Part shown: piece by piece, positions 40,690 through 54,369 of the stretch
Numbering within the stretch: the first letter of the stretch is position 1
Layout: every line of letters begins with the position of its first letter
Origin: Camelus ferus
Taxonomy: Eukaryota
Assembly (NCBI RefSeq): GCF_009834535.1
Contig: NC_045697.1
Span: 65,226,001-65,290,000 of the forward strand
DNA length: 64,000 bases
Direction of reading: 5' to 3'
The notes under the pieces: model-generated
Seen by the model: the letters and a program-made list of their open reading frames with translations, nothing else
Told to the model about the DNA's origin: nothing
The model's database searches: none
Made by a program: the position numbers and the translations under genes

Positions 40690-42614
40690 ACAGTTCTATG
40701 TGTATTGGAGTCACATACAGAATATAAAATTTCACAAATCATTTATATGATGGGAAGCCAAACATTATGAGAAAACAGTTAATGTTATGAAAATAAGAAG
40801 CACATAAAATATGTCTGGATTTGTCTTGGGTGATCAATTATGAGTGTAATAATATTCTAAGTAATTGTACACTGACTATAAAGGAGGGAAACTAAGCAAT
40901 AGATCCTTTCTTCCTAATAAAGTACAAGTTTGAACTCTATATATAGACAAAAGTTATGAAACAAGTTATAAGAAAAATGTCAAGTAGAGGCTTAATAGTA
41001 AACTCTACCATCCCTTTATCTCCATAAGATTCCATGCTGTGTTTGACATGGGCAATTAACATTTGCTCCATTTATGGAAATGCAATAAAAATACAACCTC
41101 ATGTATCTCCTCAACCCATACACCATCCCTTACCTTCATGTACCTTCGGTCATGGAAATTTTGAGGCTGCCATTAGAAATGTAACTGATACGTTACCAAA
41201 AAAGCCAGGATACAGTGGCGATACGTATACTAGAATTTTGTATAGCCATGTTAACTTGGTGTTATAAAATAACTCTTCTCTGAGCCAAACTTTCTAGTAC
41301 TTGAAGCATATTTTAAAATATTGAAATTAAAAGGTCTAAGTTAATTAACACCTTTCCCTTAAATTGAGTAAGATTATGCTCTAGGTTCCCAGAATAGACA
41401 AAACTTTATGGCTAAATATTTTAAGAGACTGTTAAGGAAGTGTTGCTTTTGCGCTGAAGTCCCTTTCTACTCCTAGGGATTCTAGGTGTTTCAGTAAGGT
41501 CACAGAAAAACCTCACCTCAAACATAAAATTATATTCACCTCACATTTTGACAAATTGCTTTAGTCTCTGGAGAACTGTCTGTTTGCTTTATTTACAAAG
41601 TTTTAGCACTTCTGCTGGAGAGAATACATTTAAATTTTCTTATTTTCCACAATTCAGTTTTTTTGAAATAAAGTTTAATTTTATATTCAGGTTTCTATAT
41701 TGATAGATTTCTGTTATTTCTTGCTACTTGTTCTATTTATTTTTTATTGCTAATTCTTTCCATTGTATTTTTAAATTTATTTTCTATTGTTTTAATTAAT
41801 ACGTATCTGAGACTGATTATAATTTAAAACCACTCACGCAGTCTTTCAATTTCTTTTTTAATCTTGAGATAAATTTTATTTAAACAAGTTGCATAAGAGC
41901 TCCTCCTGAACCAAAAATCTCTAGTTTTGTCCTGTGGCCTGGGAGCCAGCTGCAGGAGGTCCTAGTTCTCAATATCCTGGCAGTGACTTGAACTCAGATA
42001 GGGAGGAAATATGACCAAACTGCTATTTTAACCTCCTGAAGTATCTTCATGAAAGGAGAATTGAAAGCAATGTTATTTGCAGACTTAAAACAGAAAACTA
42101 GGGTACAGAAGAGATTCTTAAAGTTTTTTTTCAAATATATGATTTCTCTTTTATTTGAAATACATGTGTTAAAATTATTACAAAAACATCGATATACAAT
42201 ATATAATGCTGTCAAATTAACACATAACTTGTTAAAAAAACAATGGTTTTGGTAAAATTTTGTACAATGGAGATTTAATGGGCTTTTTGTTGTATTGTAC
42301 TATGTCATGAATGGGGTTAGTGTGTATTACAAGTTTCAGGAAGGCTTCTTTGAATTTTACACATATAGTAAAAAATTTAGACAGTAAACAATATTTATGA
42401 TTTAATATTTAAAACAAAATGCCTACGGCTCCTTTTTTTTCAATTTTCCCTGTTAGTTCTTTGAGAGATATTTAAATTGCTATGGGAGCGACTACAGTAC
42501 AGTCACTACTAGCAGATATGTACCTGTGTAAACTAGATTCACTTCTGAAAAATATTCAACCAAATCAAAATACAGAAACAGACTGAAAGAATTATGAGGC
42601 TCAAATATGACTGT

Positions 42615-43128
42615 GTTTGTCACATGTATATTGTACGAAGTACCTGCATGCAAGCTGAAAATTTAGCCTGACAGTGTTTTATGGACAAAAGCAAAGAGAC
42701 AGCTTTCCTGGGTCAGAGTCAGAGGATTTTATTACTCAACGGAGATGGTAGTAGCCCAGTGTTAGCATTTGTATTGGTTCCGTATGCCCCCAGGTTACAC
42801 GGGGCAACGTGGAAGACTTGGGTGGATCTTGTACGAATAGCAGGTTTGCATCACAGCTGAGGAACCCTCACTTAGCGAACTCGTATCTTTTTATAATAGG
42901 ATGAAAGATGATACTCTCTTTGCCCCAGAGGGTGACTTTATCTTTATTTTACTAATAGTAAACAAATATGCCCTTTGCTCTGGAGACAGACATTACCTCT
43001 ATCTTCCAAGGCTGTTTGCTATGCAGATACCTTCGCAAAGATAGTTTGAAGCAAAAGGACAATAAGTGTCTTGCTCGTAAGATGTGCAAAAATAAATACA
43101 AGCAATGCATGGAGAATTGTCTCTGACA
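42615..43128 (-). mobile_element. ERVL solo LTR, LTR40-like
   Basis: Reverse complement starts TGTCAGAGACAATTCTCCATG...TGCACATCTTACGAGCAAGACAC...ACAGCCTTGGAAGATAGAG...CCAGAGCAAAGGGCA, as in LTR40. Confidence 0.75.
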
Positions 43129-45139
43129 ATGTGATATTCAGTTTCACCTTTTTCATTTTTATCCAAGGAAACCTAATTCCCTTTGATTGAATTTAAAGTA
43201 AGAATAGATATGCATTTGAACTGTAAGTGAAATAATTTTATGCTAATATTGGTTGAAACAATACTGTATATTTTTATATTTTTGTTTCTTACGAGATTGG
43301 TAAAAAATGTTCTCCTGAAAAAAAAAAAAAGAAGTTAAAAACCACTGCTTTAGAACAGGACCAAAAGGCAGACTACTCTTAGATGAATTTATCCTGCATT
43401 GCAGCTACAGATTTTATTCTTAATTGTCACATCCCTTATTAATTATTTCATGAATATACCAGAGTTTGCACAAAAATCAAACATTCTAGAGACCGTATTA
43501 GATGTGAATATGTTCTGCTGATGCAGCTTATGTTACCATCCTTATGTAAGAGGCCAGTATGTCATGGAATAGAGGATGTAAACTTCACATATTAAGGGGA
43601 ATTGTAAAAAAAAAAAAAAGATTTCTACTATGTTTCATGTAAATCCTAGTGGCCTCTTCAGCCAAAAAGTTTGAACTTTGATAAAGTTGGCAGTTTCATA
43701 TATTTATTACTACATTGCACTTTAAAGTGATACATCTAATTTCTGAGATTATAAAAAAATCACATATATCATTAAGTGACACAATTTCATTTTATGGTTA
43801 AGTTTTTATAAGACTTCAAGCCAGTATGAAAACTTCCTAGGAGCAATTATGCCTTCTTTGACTTCTTTGAGAATTTTCAGAGGATTATTCTGACATTTGA
43901 ATGCAACTAGAGTTATCTCTGAGAGAAAAAAATACATTTTGTTTTTCTATCTTTTACTTGCATTGCATATGAGCTTTGTCCTAAATATAAGTAATTTTGT
44001 TTAAAATAATTGTCTAGGAAGTTTTTTTTAAAGATATTACAATTTCTGAGCTACTTACTCCAGCACATCTAAGGAATTTAATTATGAACAGCTAGGAACA
44101 AACATAATAACGTAATGTATTTTCTCTAATGCGACATTGGCATGCATCTGAATCACCAGGATGGTTTGGCAAAACATAGATTCCTAGGGCCCACTTCAGA
44201 GAATTTGCATTGCCAGGGAACACTCACTGCTGGTCCAGGGACAATACTTTGAGAACCATTGCTCTAAGGAAAAGGTATGCAAATGATGAAAATGAAGATG
44301 AGGAAGATGAGGAAGATGAGGGTAGCAGGTAATGCATATGTTGTTCTGATGCTTGGAAATCTACTGTATTCTTTACATATATAAACTCATTGTGTCTTAT
44401 AATTATCTTCTTTAAGGAAAAAACTGAAGCTTAAAGAAGTTAATAAATAAATGGCCCAAGATCATAACATTGAAAAGGACAAGAGCCAGTCCTTATACCA
44501 AAGCCTTTCTGACTCCAACCCCTTTCACTCTTTGCTTCACAAAGAGTAGAAAAAGTACATACAGAGGAGAAATTGTCACATGGGGGGAAATTAACTGTAT
44601 GGTCTGTGAAGGCCTTTGGCTCTAAAAAGTAGACGTGAGAGAGGCAGTATGACTCAGGAGAGCAAGGTGCAATCTGTGGCTTCCGCTAAGGGGTGAAGGG
44701 AAGTTTCCTGTGTGAGGATTAACACTCAGAATCAAACTCTTTTAATGAGTCAGAGGCAGTTCAAGGTCATGAGAAGTCCAGAAGCAACCTGTAAATGACA
44801 AGGGGAAGGATAAACACCGAGTCAGGTCAAACCAGGTTGGTTTTTTTTTTTTTTTTCATAGTTTTCATATTTAAAAATAAATGGTTTCTGTTACTTAGAG
44901 TAAATAACAATATTTCTTCATCAAAATACTGGAGGCTGAAATGGCATACTCTTTGTGCTTTGTGCCCAATAAAAGTCTAAAATGATGTATTTGCTAGAGT
45001 ACTCATAAAAAGCACCATTAATCATCTGGTTGCAGTGACAAAGGCAAAGACAAACTATCAGGAGGAAGTGGGATGTGGTGGATAAGCCTTAAAATGTGAA
45101 CCACAGGCCTAAACAAAACTATCAGAGCCTCTCCTACCT

Positions 45140-45515
45140 TTGCTGACCTTAATTCTGTTCCTTGAACACACCAGGCTTGTTTCTCACTTACAGATATTGC
45201 AATAGCTGTACTGTCTTCCCAGAGTGCTTTTTATTCTGATTTCCACATGGCTGCCTCCTTCTTGCTATCCAGATCTCAAATGTTGCAACCTTAGGGAGAC
45301 CCATCCCCAATCACCCACACCCCATGGCACTTACTAACATATGTTGTGGCATATATTTTAGTTATTTATTTGTGAATTATCTTTTTCTCCAATCACTGTA
45401 ATACAAGCTTTGTTAAAAAGGGAATTTCTGCCTGTTTTTTACTACTATGTTTCTAGCATATGAACAGTGTCTAGCACATATTAGGTTTCCAATAGTTGTT
45501 ATTTTTTGAATAAAT
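45140..45515 (+). mobile_element. LINE-2 3' end
   Basis: ctgttccttgaacacaccaggcttg...cacatggctgcctccttcttg...ctagcatatgaacagtgtctagcacatattagg...tgaataaat. Confidence 0.7.
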
Positions 45516-46211
45516 CAAGAAAGGAAGGAGGATAGAGAGGAATAAAAATGAAGCAGGAAAGTAGAGACATTACAGTACTCTGAATTGATTAGCCACAGGA
45601 TTTTCATGCCTTAAATCTGCATTGAGTTCCTAAGCTAGCAGCTCTCCACACTATCCCCTCTATGGTCTTCTGTCTACAATGATGATCTACTGTAATGTAG
45701 TTATGTGATTATAGTCTCTTTGATTTTTACCTCCCTCTTTTCCCTCAGGGCTCAAGATAGACAAAAGGGTATACATATGTGTAATAGTCTTGAAAACTGC
45801 AAACAAATTCTCAGTTCAAATCTGATCAATTTTTTAATTGTATTGAATCACTTGAAAAATAATGCACTCAGTTCCAGAAGTGGTATGAATTATGTAGGAG
45901 ACCCAAGACTGAATATTTTAACTCTACTTTTCCCCTCTGTCAGGAAAACCCCTTTACAGTCCCAGCTGCATGTTTATATTCTCATAATCAATCGCAAACT
46001 AATTTTATTCATGAAGTCTAAACTAAACTAAACTAATAGTGACATGAGAGTTAACTCTATTTGGTAATGTATTTGGATTTTTATTTGGTATAGAATTTAA
46101 ATCAAGGGATTTGGAAATAAAGAGTGCAATCCAATTCTGATAAAACCTGAGTCAGTGATGAAAGCAGCATCCTGCAAGCGCCCATGCAAACCCAGCCTTT
46201 GAGAAATAATG

Positions 46212-46687
46212 TGTTGGGGAGGAAGACTTTTCCTTCTTCCCTTCTAGGTTCTTTGGCTGGTCTGATAATTAAATTGGCGTAAGATAGATTAACAGGAGAA
46301 AAATTTAACTTCATACGTATGGGAGCTCCACAAAATATAAGACCCAAGGGCAAGTCAGGCAGTGGAGGCTTACATGACATCCTGAGCTAACCAATGGGAT
46401 AGGGGCCTGCGGCTTCAGAGGGGAAGAGGGTAATTCACAGGACAATAAAAGAGCAGATATTTGATAATTAGATGTTTGCCTTGCCATACAGATAGGTCAT
46501 TCAGATAAAGATTATTCCTAATAATAGCTCTCTCTCTGAGCCAGACCCCGTATCTAAATTCTTCTTAGGTAGTTAAAGGAAAGGTAAAAGTTTATCTTGA
46601 GTCTGCTGCATCTTGATTGCCTTCAGTTCAAAATAACCCACATGCCAATGTGACACATTTTGGAGTCCCATACTCTGCTCCCTTTCA
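46212..46687 (-). mobile_element. ERV1 solo LTR (MER34-related), TG...CA ends
   Basis: aatg|TGTTGGGGAGG...ctaggttctttggctgg...agatagattaacaggagaaaa...cttcagttcaaaataacccacatgccaa...CCCTTTCA|catg (3/4 TSD match). Shares blocks with the LTR at 30595-31507. Confidence 0.8.
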
Positions 46688-48700
46688 CATGCGTGGTGCT
46701 TGGAGACACTGACGAATGAAAAGTTTTCATGTGTGATCTTCAAACAGAATTTATGTTCCAATTATATGGATTCTTGTGCATAAAGAATTGGAATGAAACT
46801 CAGGATTCTTTCTATGTTGTATGTGTGTGTGAAAGAGAGAGGAAGAGAGAGAGAGAGACTGAGAGGCAGAACAAGAGAGAAAGAGAAAAAGAACTACCAA
46901 GAAAAGAGCTGCTACACATATTTAAGAGATGGTATCTTTTAGGAAACAATTGTAGATTTATAAATATTGTTCTATCTAAGTACAATGTTTTGTCAAGCTT
47001 GCTTAGCTACTATGATTTTTCATTGGTAAGAAGTAGGAATAATACAGTATGTTTCATTTGTGGCTTTTATCTCATTTATTCACATGATTATAAATATTTA
47101 TTGAGTACCTACTATGTGCTAGTAACTATTCTCGATTTTGGAAATGCTGCAAAGCATTAAGTTTCCTGACGTTCAGATAATTTTCTAAAGTAAAAAGAAG
47201 AGCAACTGGTTTTTGGATGTAGAGTGATTGAAAATCTAATGAGAATAAATACCAATGTTTGAAAATCTCAGTTATAAGTTATAAGGAAAGTGACCAGAGG
47301 TTTGCACATTTATAATGAGGCCTATAGGTATTATCAGTGCAATAGAAAATGAAGTTTATAACCTTTATGTAAAGATATATTGCTAGTAACTTACTTTTTA
47401 TTTGCAGGAAAAAAATCGTCTAAAAGTGAGCTGTAGATGTAATGTTTTTCATTCTAGAAAAATGGCTAATGGATGTTATATAAAGTATAGGAAAGCCTTT
47501 TTCTGATACAGGGAATATATGCGTTCTATAAAGATTACCTGTGGAGTAATTTATGCCCATCAAATATTTTCTCATCTACCTATGTGACACTTGACACTTT
47601 CTATGAGAAAAATTTATACCTAGATCAAGCATAATCTCAGAACAATCCTTTTAATGTCAGACTTTTTGGAAAAGAAAATATAATTCTTTTGGCAGTTTAA
47701 TGCTCATGGAAAAACTGAAACAGTGAAACTAGAAGTGCTCTGATCACTTCTTCAGGAGCTGCTGCTAGAACTTGTGGGGAGAGAAGAGAGGACATTAAGA
47801 CTGCTGGCTTCATGCTGGGAGCCATTAGCTGACTGCTCCAGGCTGGCTACCAACAGCAGAGCAGAGAGGGAGGTGGCCCAGCTGCAGGGGAGGAAATGCT
47901 AAAGGCAGATTTATTGTCTTCTCTAAAGGATCTTATTTCCATTCTAGTTTCCTGCTTTTTTTTTTTTATAATACATTAAATAAGCTTCTTAACCCTTTAC
48001 TATTTGTATTCTTTGCAATCTGAAAAAAAAATGCAAAGCTATTTATATTTTGCTTGAAAAATTATTTTAAAATGTTTTATTGTTAAGTATTTATCACTGG
48101 GTACTTAAAGATTTTAAGCACAGCTTCCTAAACACAAAGTCCTGGGAACTGGATTTCTCTAAAAAATGATTTTATGAGTTTGCTTCACTCATAAAGGCTT
48201 TCTAGTGCTTAGATAATGTCTAGCACATGGTAAGTGCTCAGCAGATATGCTACGTGAATGAATAGTTATCTTCTATTTGTGACAGTTGAATAATATGGAA
48301 GGATAGAAGCCATATATGCAGAATATTGTGCAGAGTACAAACTGAGGAGTGTAACTGCTTAGGCCCATATGCTTCACTTGTACAGACCGTGGTTTTAAAA
48401 CCCAGCTCTGACACTTGTCATGTTCCTCTGAATAAGCGAGTTAACGTCTCCAAATAAAAGTTTTCTCTACTGCAAAGTAGAAATATAGCACTGCTTACAA
48501 ACTTCACAAGTTGCACATAAGACAATGCCAGACACACATTAAGCCCTCAGTATATGTCTTGTATGTCAGGATCATTATTTCCAGTGACATAACATACGTA
48601 CAAAGAAAAGAAAAGAATGAAAGTGGAAGGGACCTTGTAGGAAAGAAAAAATTCAAACTACTTTATATATAATAATTAACTTACAGGCCTTAGTCTCCTT

Positions 48701-48964
48701 TATATATTTCATAAAAGTAAATTCTGCCTTCTCAATTATAGCATATTAATATATTTCTAGGTTTAGTATATCCATTGAAGTGTGACTTTGAAAATTGTTT
48801 AAAATGCACCAAAAAACATTACTTTAAGTGTGTATATATTTCATAAAAGTAAATTCTGCCTTCTCAATTATAGCATATTAATATATTTCTAGGTTTAGTA
48901 TATCCATTGAAGTGTGACTTTGAAAATTGTTTAAAATGCACCAAAAAACATTACTTTAAGTGTG
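48701..48964. repeat. Perfect direct tandem duplication, 2 x 132 bp
   Basis: 48701-48832 is identical to 48833-48964 (tatatatttcataaaag...actttaagtgtg). Confidence 0.97.
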
Positions 48965-50241
48965 TTTAGTGACCTAATGTGAACCTAATGGGCTCACTTC
49001 ACTTGTCAATAGCTGTAAGTTATAAGTAAACTCACATACGATGGCTAGAATGTCAGTTTCACAAGGGCGGGGATTGTCGTCTGTCTTGTTCACTGCTAGT
49101 TCCCTAGTTTTCCAGGGTACATCCTAAATATGATTGTTGTGTAATAAGTATTTGTTGAGTGTAGCAGTAAATGTGGCAGCACTATATGTATTTAGATCTT
49201 TTGAAATAATTTTGACCCTGCTGGTGTAAATCAACCTCATACAATTCTATGACAAAGGAATGCTCTGTTCCCAAGTCATTTGCTTGGGTGAATGGCACCA
49301 TCAATTTACATCTTAGTAAGAAGTAGAGGAAGCAGTTGCTCTTTTCAGTGCCACATTCCCTTGGCTGCCAATTCTGTACAGACCTGAGGAAATGATGCCA
49401 CTAGCTTGCGACTCCTCAGCACCAGACCCAGTGTGACATTCCTGTGCACACAGAGGAAGAAACACATAGGGCTTATGCAAAGCTTTTGGAGCAGCAATGC
49501 ACATAAAATCCAAAATCTTTATTTCCTCTCATGGGTGCAAAACAGCCATGAGGGAACCTAGGATAGCAAAGAGTCTGAAGATTGTCTTATAAGTTATGAC
49601 CTGGATGTTTAGCTCAGAGAAGAGCTTTTATAGATGTAATAATAGTCTTCAGATATTGATACTCTGTCAAGAGAAATGTCAGCTAGATAATTTTCACTAT
49701 TACAGAGGACAGAGCAGGGTTATGGGTAAAATTTTCAAAGAAGTAATTTTCAATTCAGTACCAAAAATATTTTTTAAGAGCTAGAGCTACTCAAAATTGA
49801 ATAACCTACCTGGTTAGTTAATGTGCTAGTTAATTCTCTATGTGGAAGTTTACAGGGAGAGGCTGTTGCACCTATTCAAATGCTGAGTGTTTTGAGTGGA
49901 AAATTGAAGGGATAACTTAAGGTTACATTTTTTAAAAGGGCTGTGGTATCTGGCTAGAGTAGCAAAAAAATTTAACCTATATAGTGTATCTATTATTTAT
50001 TAGTGAAGTTACAGACATTTTCACACCATACTTAGATACACAAAACAGAGGCAGTAATTATATAATTAACATAATCTTCTTCGCAAGGACGCAACATGTA
50101 AGGTAGGAGCAGGGAAAGTGTGCAGGGTGAGGATCTCTTTAACTTTGCCGTTACAAATGCTTCTGGTTGAAATAGTCTCTTTCCTTATAAATACCGCCAC
50201 CCCCAGCCCCTCTGAAGGACACCAGTAAAGGCTTGGGCTTA

Positions 50242-50244
<3 letters not shown>

Positions 50245-50272
<28 letters not shown>
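50245..50272. repeat. T28 homopolymer
   Basis: Read directly. Confidence 0.95.
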
Positions 50273-53200
50273 GACAGTTGGGGAGAGCTAAGGGGCCAGA
50301 TGACTGGCCGCTTTGCCAGTGGAGACCACAGACATGCAACTGGTTTCGTCTGCTATTTTTTGGTGTTTGTCCTGCATGTTTCTAAAATTTGTGCTCATTT
50401 GCTCTTATTTGGGAAGTCCTAGCAAATGACGGTCTCTTTGTCTTGAACCCTAGGCCTCTGGCTTTCTCAGAAGCTGCATCCTGTTAGAGGGCATGTAGAA
50501 ACTTCCAACCCCCTGAGTGTTACTCATGGAACATGGCCAGAAGCACTGCTTCGGCCCATCTCTGTTTCTGCCCTCTGTGCCACCATCACCATATTTGAAA
50601 TTTAAGAGGTGAGTGTAGAGCTTTACAGAGAGGCTGGGATCTGAGGACTAGTATGCCTGGGAAGAGTGCCCTGAGAATCTCAAAATCCCACAAGCTAATT
50701 CAGATGTTTCTGTCTGTTTCCTAATCCTTTCCCACTTTCTTAGCTTGAGGATTTCACCTCAACAGGAGAAATATGAAGACATGTAACTTTGATATCACTT
50801 CCCATGATGGTCTCAATCTTCTCACCAGCAATCGAGGCAGAAAATGGGCACTGTCTTCTTAGTTAAAACTCTGTGATCAAGTCAGCCAAGCCTGGATCTT
50901 GATAAGGCTAACAAAATTATATTAAAACAACCTCAAGTATTATAGTTATGATACCCATGAACTGTAAATAGAACAAAAGATTAGAATAAGTGTGGTATAA
51001 ATACATTTAATTTCATAATCTGAGTCATATGGAATAATATATCACTGTTGAAAAATGAAGGAACATCTCACTTTAGTATTTTAAATGTGAAAACTATAAG
51101 GCCAGGGTGCAATATTCCAGAGAAAGAATAGTTTTCATCTCAAGATGATATTCAATCCGATAATCACACTTGTTTGATGTGCCTCAATGTGCAGTAAAAT
51201 AAAAATGTGTGTTTGAGTTCTGAAACTCTAGATTTAAATTTGATAAAGTATGAATCAGCCTCAGTGTAAACAGATCTCATACAGAATGCAAGTGGTTTGT
51301 TTTGGAATGCTCAATTTAACTTGGTAAAATATAAAGATGAATACTAATCTCTAAAGTGTGAAAGGAACAATTGTCCAAGAAATAGCACAAACGACTTTAA
51401 AAAAGCAATCTAACTCTTTTTGTTTCAGCTTATAAATTTGGAGTGAAAATACACCAAGATAACAAGATAATTAAGTCCTCATAAATTAATCTTAAAACCT
51501 TAAGATGTTATCTTTAAACCTATGCATTTTGCTTATTAACTATCTAATTCTTTGTTTGCAATTTTTAAGATAGGTTTTCATCAGGTTTGAAATTCTACTT
51601 TGTGAACTCGAATGGAAAAATAAGCAGGAAGGGAAAAAAAAAAAGAGAAACCTACTTTAAAAAGTATTTGGCGATGATAAGCAAAGGTGGTTGTTTACTC
51701 TTGACTAAAAAAGATGAAGACAAAAATACCCACATTGCCTTTCCAAGAAAAGCATGAGATGAAACAAACTTAAGGTATAATTTTACTAGAAATGAAAGAG
51801 GAATAGAATATTTATAATTATCCACAGCTTAATTGAACAGGTGAACACATGCTGGTTGGCATGTGCGCTCATTATATGTTTCAAGTTTGCTAAGCTATTT
51901 CTTGCTGCTTCAGGCCTGCATCTATAACCAAATGGTGTTCAATACCAACTCTTCACTGTCGCCAGCCATGATTGTAAAAGACCAAGAACTCCCTTTTTGT
52001 GTTTTACTCTGGTGGAAGAAATGCTGCCTGAAAATGAACAACAGTAAAGATCTAATCAGATTGTGACCTATAGTTTAGAAAATATTTTGGAGGTTTCAGA
52101 GAGGGATGATTTATGGCCAGGGAGTAAATGACTTAAGAATGTTGGGCGCTTGTAAAATATAACTCTGAAAGTATAGTCGGAAATACTCTGATGAAGATAA
52201 AAAGAAGAACATGATCAAAGAAACCAACAATGGTCCACATTTTTCAGCGTTTATCTGGAGAAAGGCTGCTGGGAAAGGCAGTCTCATGGGCAGTCTTTTG
52301 ACCCCTTTTCGGCCACATAAGAATGCACCTGGGGCCTGGAACACTCCCTTACCAAGAGATAAAGAGCCCACACTGTCCATGCCATGCTTATCGCCTTCTG
52401 TGGGAAGATCTTTCCCTGTTTCAGACTCAGTGTGTACTCCTTTGTTCTGCTTAAGCATGTGTGTCAGTGGCCTTCAGCCTCACCCCCAGCTTTCAGTATT
52501 TCAAACTGCACAGGTTGGAGTCCATCTGCTACATCACAAGAGATGTGCATGCGGGCTGCCAGTGGGGCAGGAACAGGGGCCCACACACACTATTGCAATT
52601 GATTTTGCTCAGTCTCTATGTGAGTAAAAGCACTGCTCCATCCGGTGCTTGACTGTATTGTGTTTTCCTTGGTGACTCTGATACCAAGAGGCAGTGGGCA
52701 GAAGTGCGTGTCCTGTTGATTTTGATGAAGACAAAGAAAGCCTAAATATGAAACTAGGAAATAGTGCCTGAGAATAATTGAATGTACTTTGAATTAGTAA
52801 TCAATGTCTAATTTATGAAGATAGATTGGAATTAAAGACCTAAAAAGGACTAGAGGTAAAAATTAACAAAAAATAAATAAGTCAAATAGTGGCTTCCTGT
52901 TTGCCATAGCATGGTATACCAGGGAACTGGAGTGATGTCCCATTTAAAACAACTGAAAACGGCATGTCAGTTTTGAAAATGTCTTCATACATGCTTGTAT
53001 AAGCTGGGAAAACCACCCAGACCAAAATCGGGTGGAGTGCTGAGTCTAGCTTTCATTTTGAGGGCATATGCCAAACCAAGTAAATCTGAACATTGGTTTT
53101 TACAGGTTTCTAGGGCTCAGGGAACAAGGGAAAAAACCCGGGGCCTGCCCCTCCTACCAGAAAGGTGGGAGAGCCAAGCTATTTGCTCACCAATTGTGTT

Positions 53201-54369
53201 TCTTTCTTTGAGCACAATGGAAAACACTGTTTCACCACCTCTCTCGAGTTAGGTAAAGGCGATGCGATGCAGCCAATCTGGCTGGTGTGATGTGAATGCA
53301 AGTGTCATGTTTTTTTTGCAGGCCAGGCTGCAACATAGATCTTCTCCCTTCAGCAGGCTATGCGGTTATGTGTAGAGGACATCAGGGTCCCACTTTCGGA
53401 TAAAACTGATCACTGACTCAGTGCACAGGAAGGAGCACCAAGGAGAGTTGTGATTCTCCTTAATACATCCTTACACAGCTCTGATTTTAGTGTTCTCACT
53501 TTTCTTGTGAAATAATTAAGATTCATATCCCCTAAGATTCTTCTAGACCTAAAGTTTTATGATTTTTTTTTCTAAATAGATTATGAAGAATTTGGAGGTA
53601 GGCATGACGTTTTGTTTCATATTGTATGAACGACCCATGAAACAGACTTGGTAAGTTTTGAATGAATCTGTGAACAACTAATTCCAAAGGTACTTTTCCC
53701 TACAAAAGTGTCCTCTGTGGCAACTATCCCTGCTTTTAGTCAAAATTGTATTCCTTCAATGTCACCATCTTATTAAGGCATGCATTTTTAGGGAAAAAAA
53801 AATCATTGAACAAATTCACCCTCAGGAATAATGGTATGAGCCCTGCAGGCTGACTGATACTCAGTTACTATGCACTGGTATTGTTTACACAAGTTGTTAA
53901 AACATTCCTATAACATTTCATAAATATCTTCAGCTTCAAACCCTCCAGTATTCCCACCCCTACAACCTGTTGGCCATCTTTGCCTGGGTTTCTACAGGTT
54001 CTGACAATTTTACCATGTTCATTTTTCATTATTTCTCAATACCTGTGTAGTCTCAGTGATTGTCCTAGTGAGCTTGACTTTGTGTATTCATGGTCATCCT
54101 TTTTCCTCTCTGACTTCCTTTATTCAGTTATTCACCAGATTCTCTTAATCATACTTCCTAAATATCCCTTGAATGGGTTTTCTTTCTTCGTTCCCACTGC
54201 CACACAATGGATGGTCCAGCCATTCTCAACTGTAGAAAATTCCCATCCAAGCCCTGTTTCCTCATGCCCCTGCATATTCTACTTCTCAGCAAATAATACC
54301 TTTTTCAGTCTCAACACTCTTTTCTGTCTTAAAGATGCCTCCTGCTCATCATTTGGGAAATTTAAATAG

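Noticed and set aside
52111..52652. Overlapping ORFs of up to 138 aa on both strands
   Set aside because: No recognisable protein family or exon structure; expected by chance in locally GC-richer DNA.
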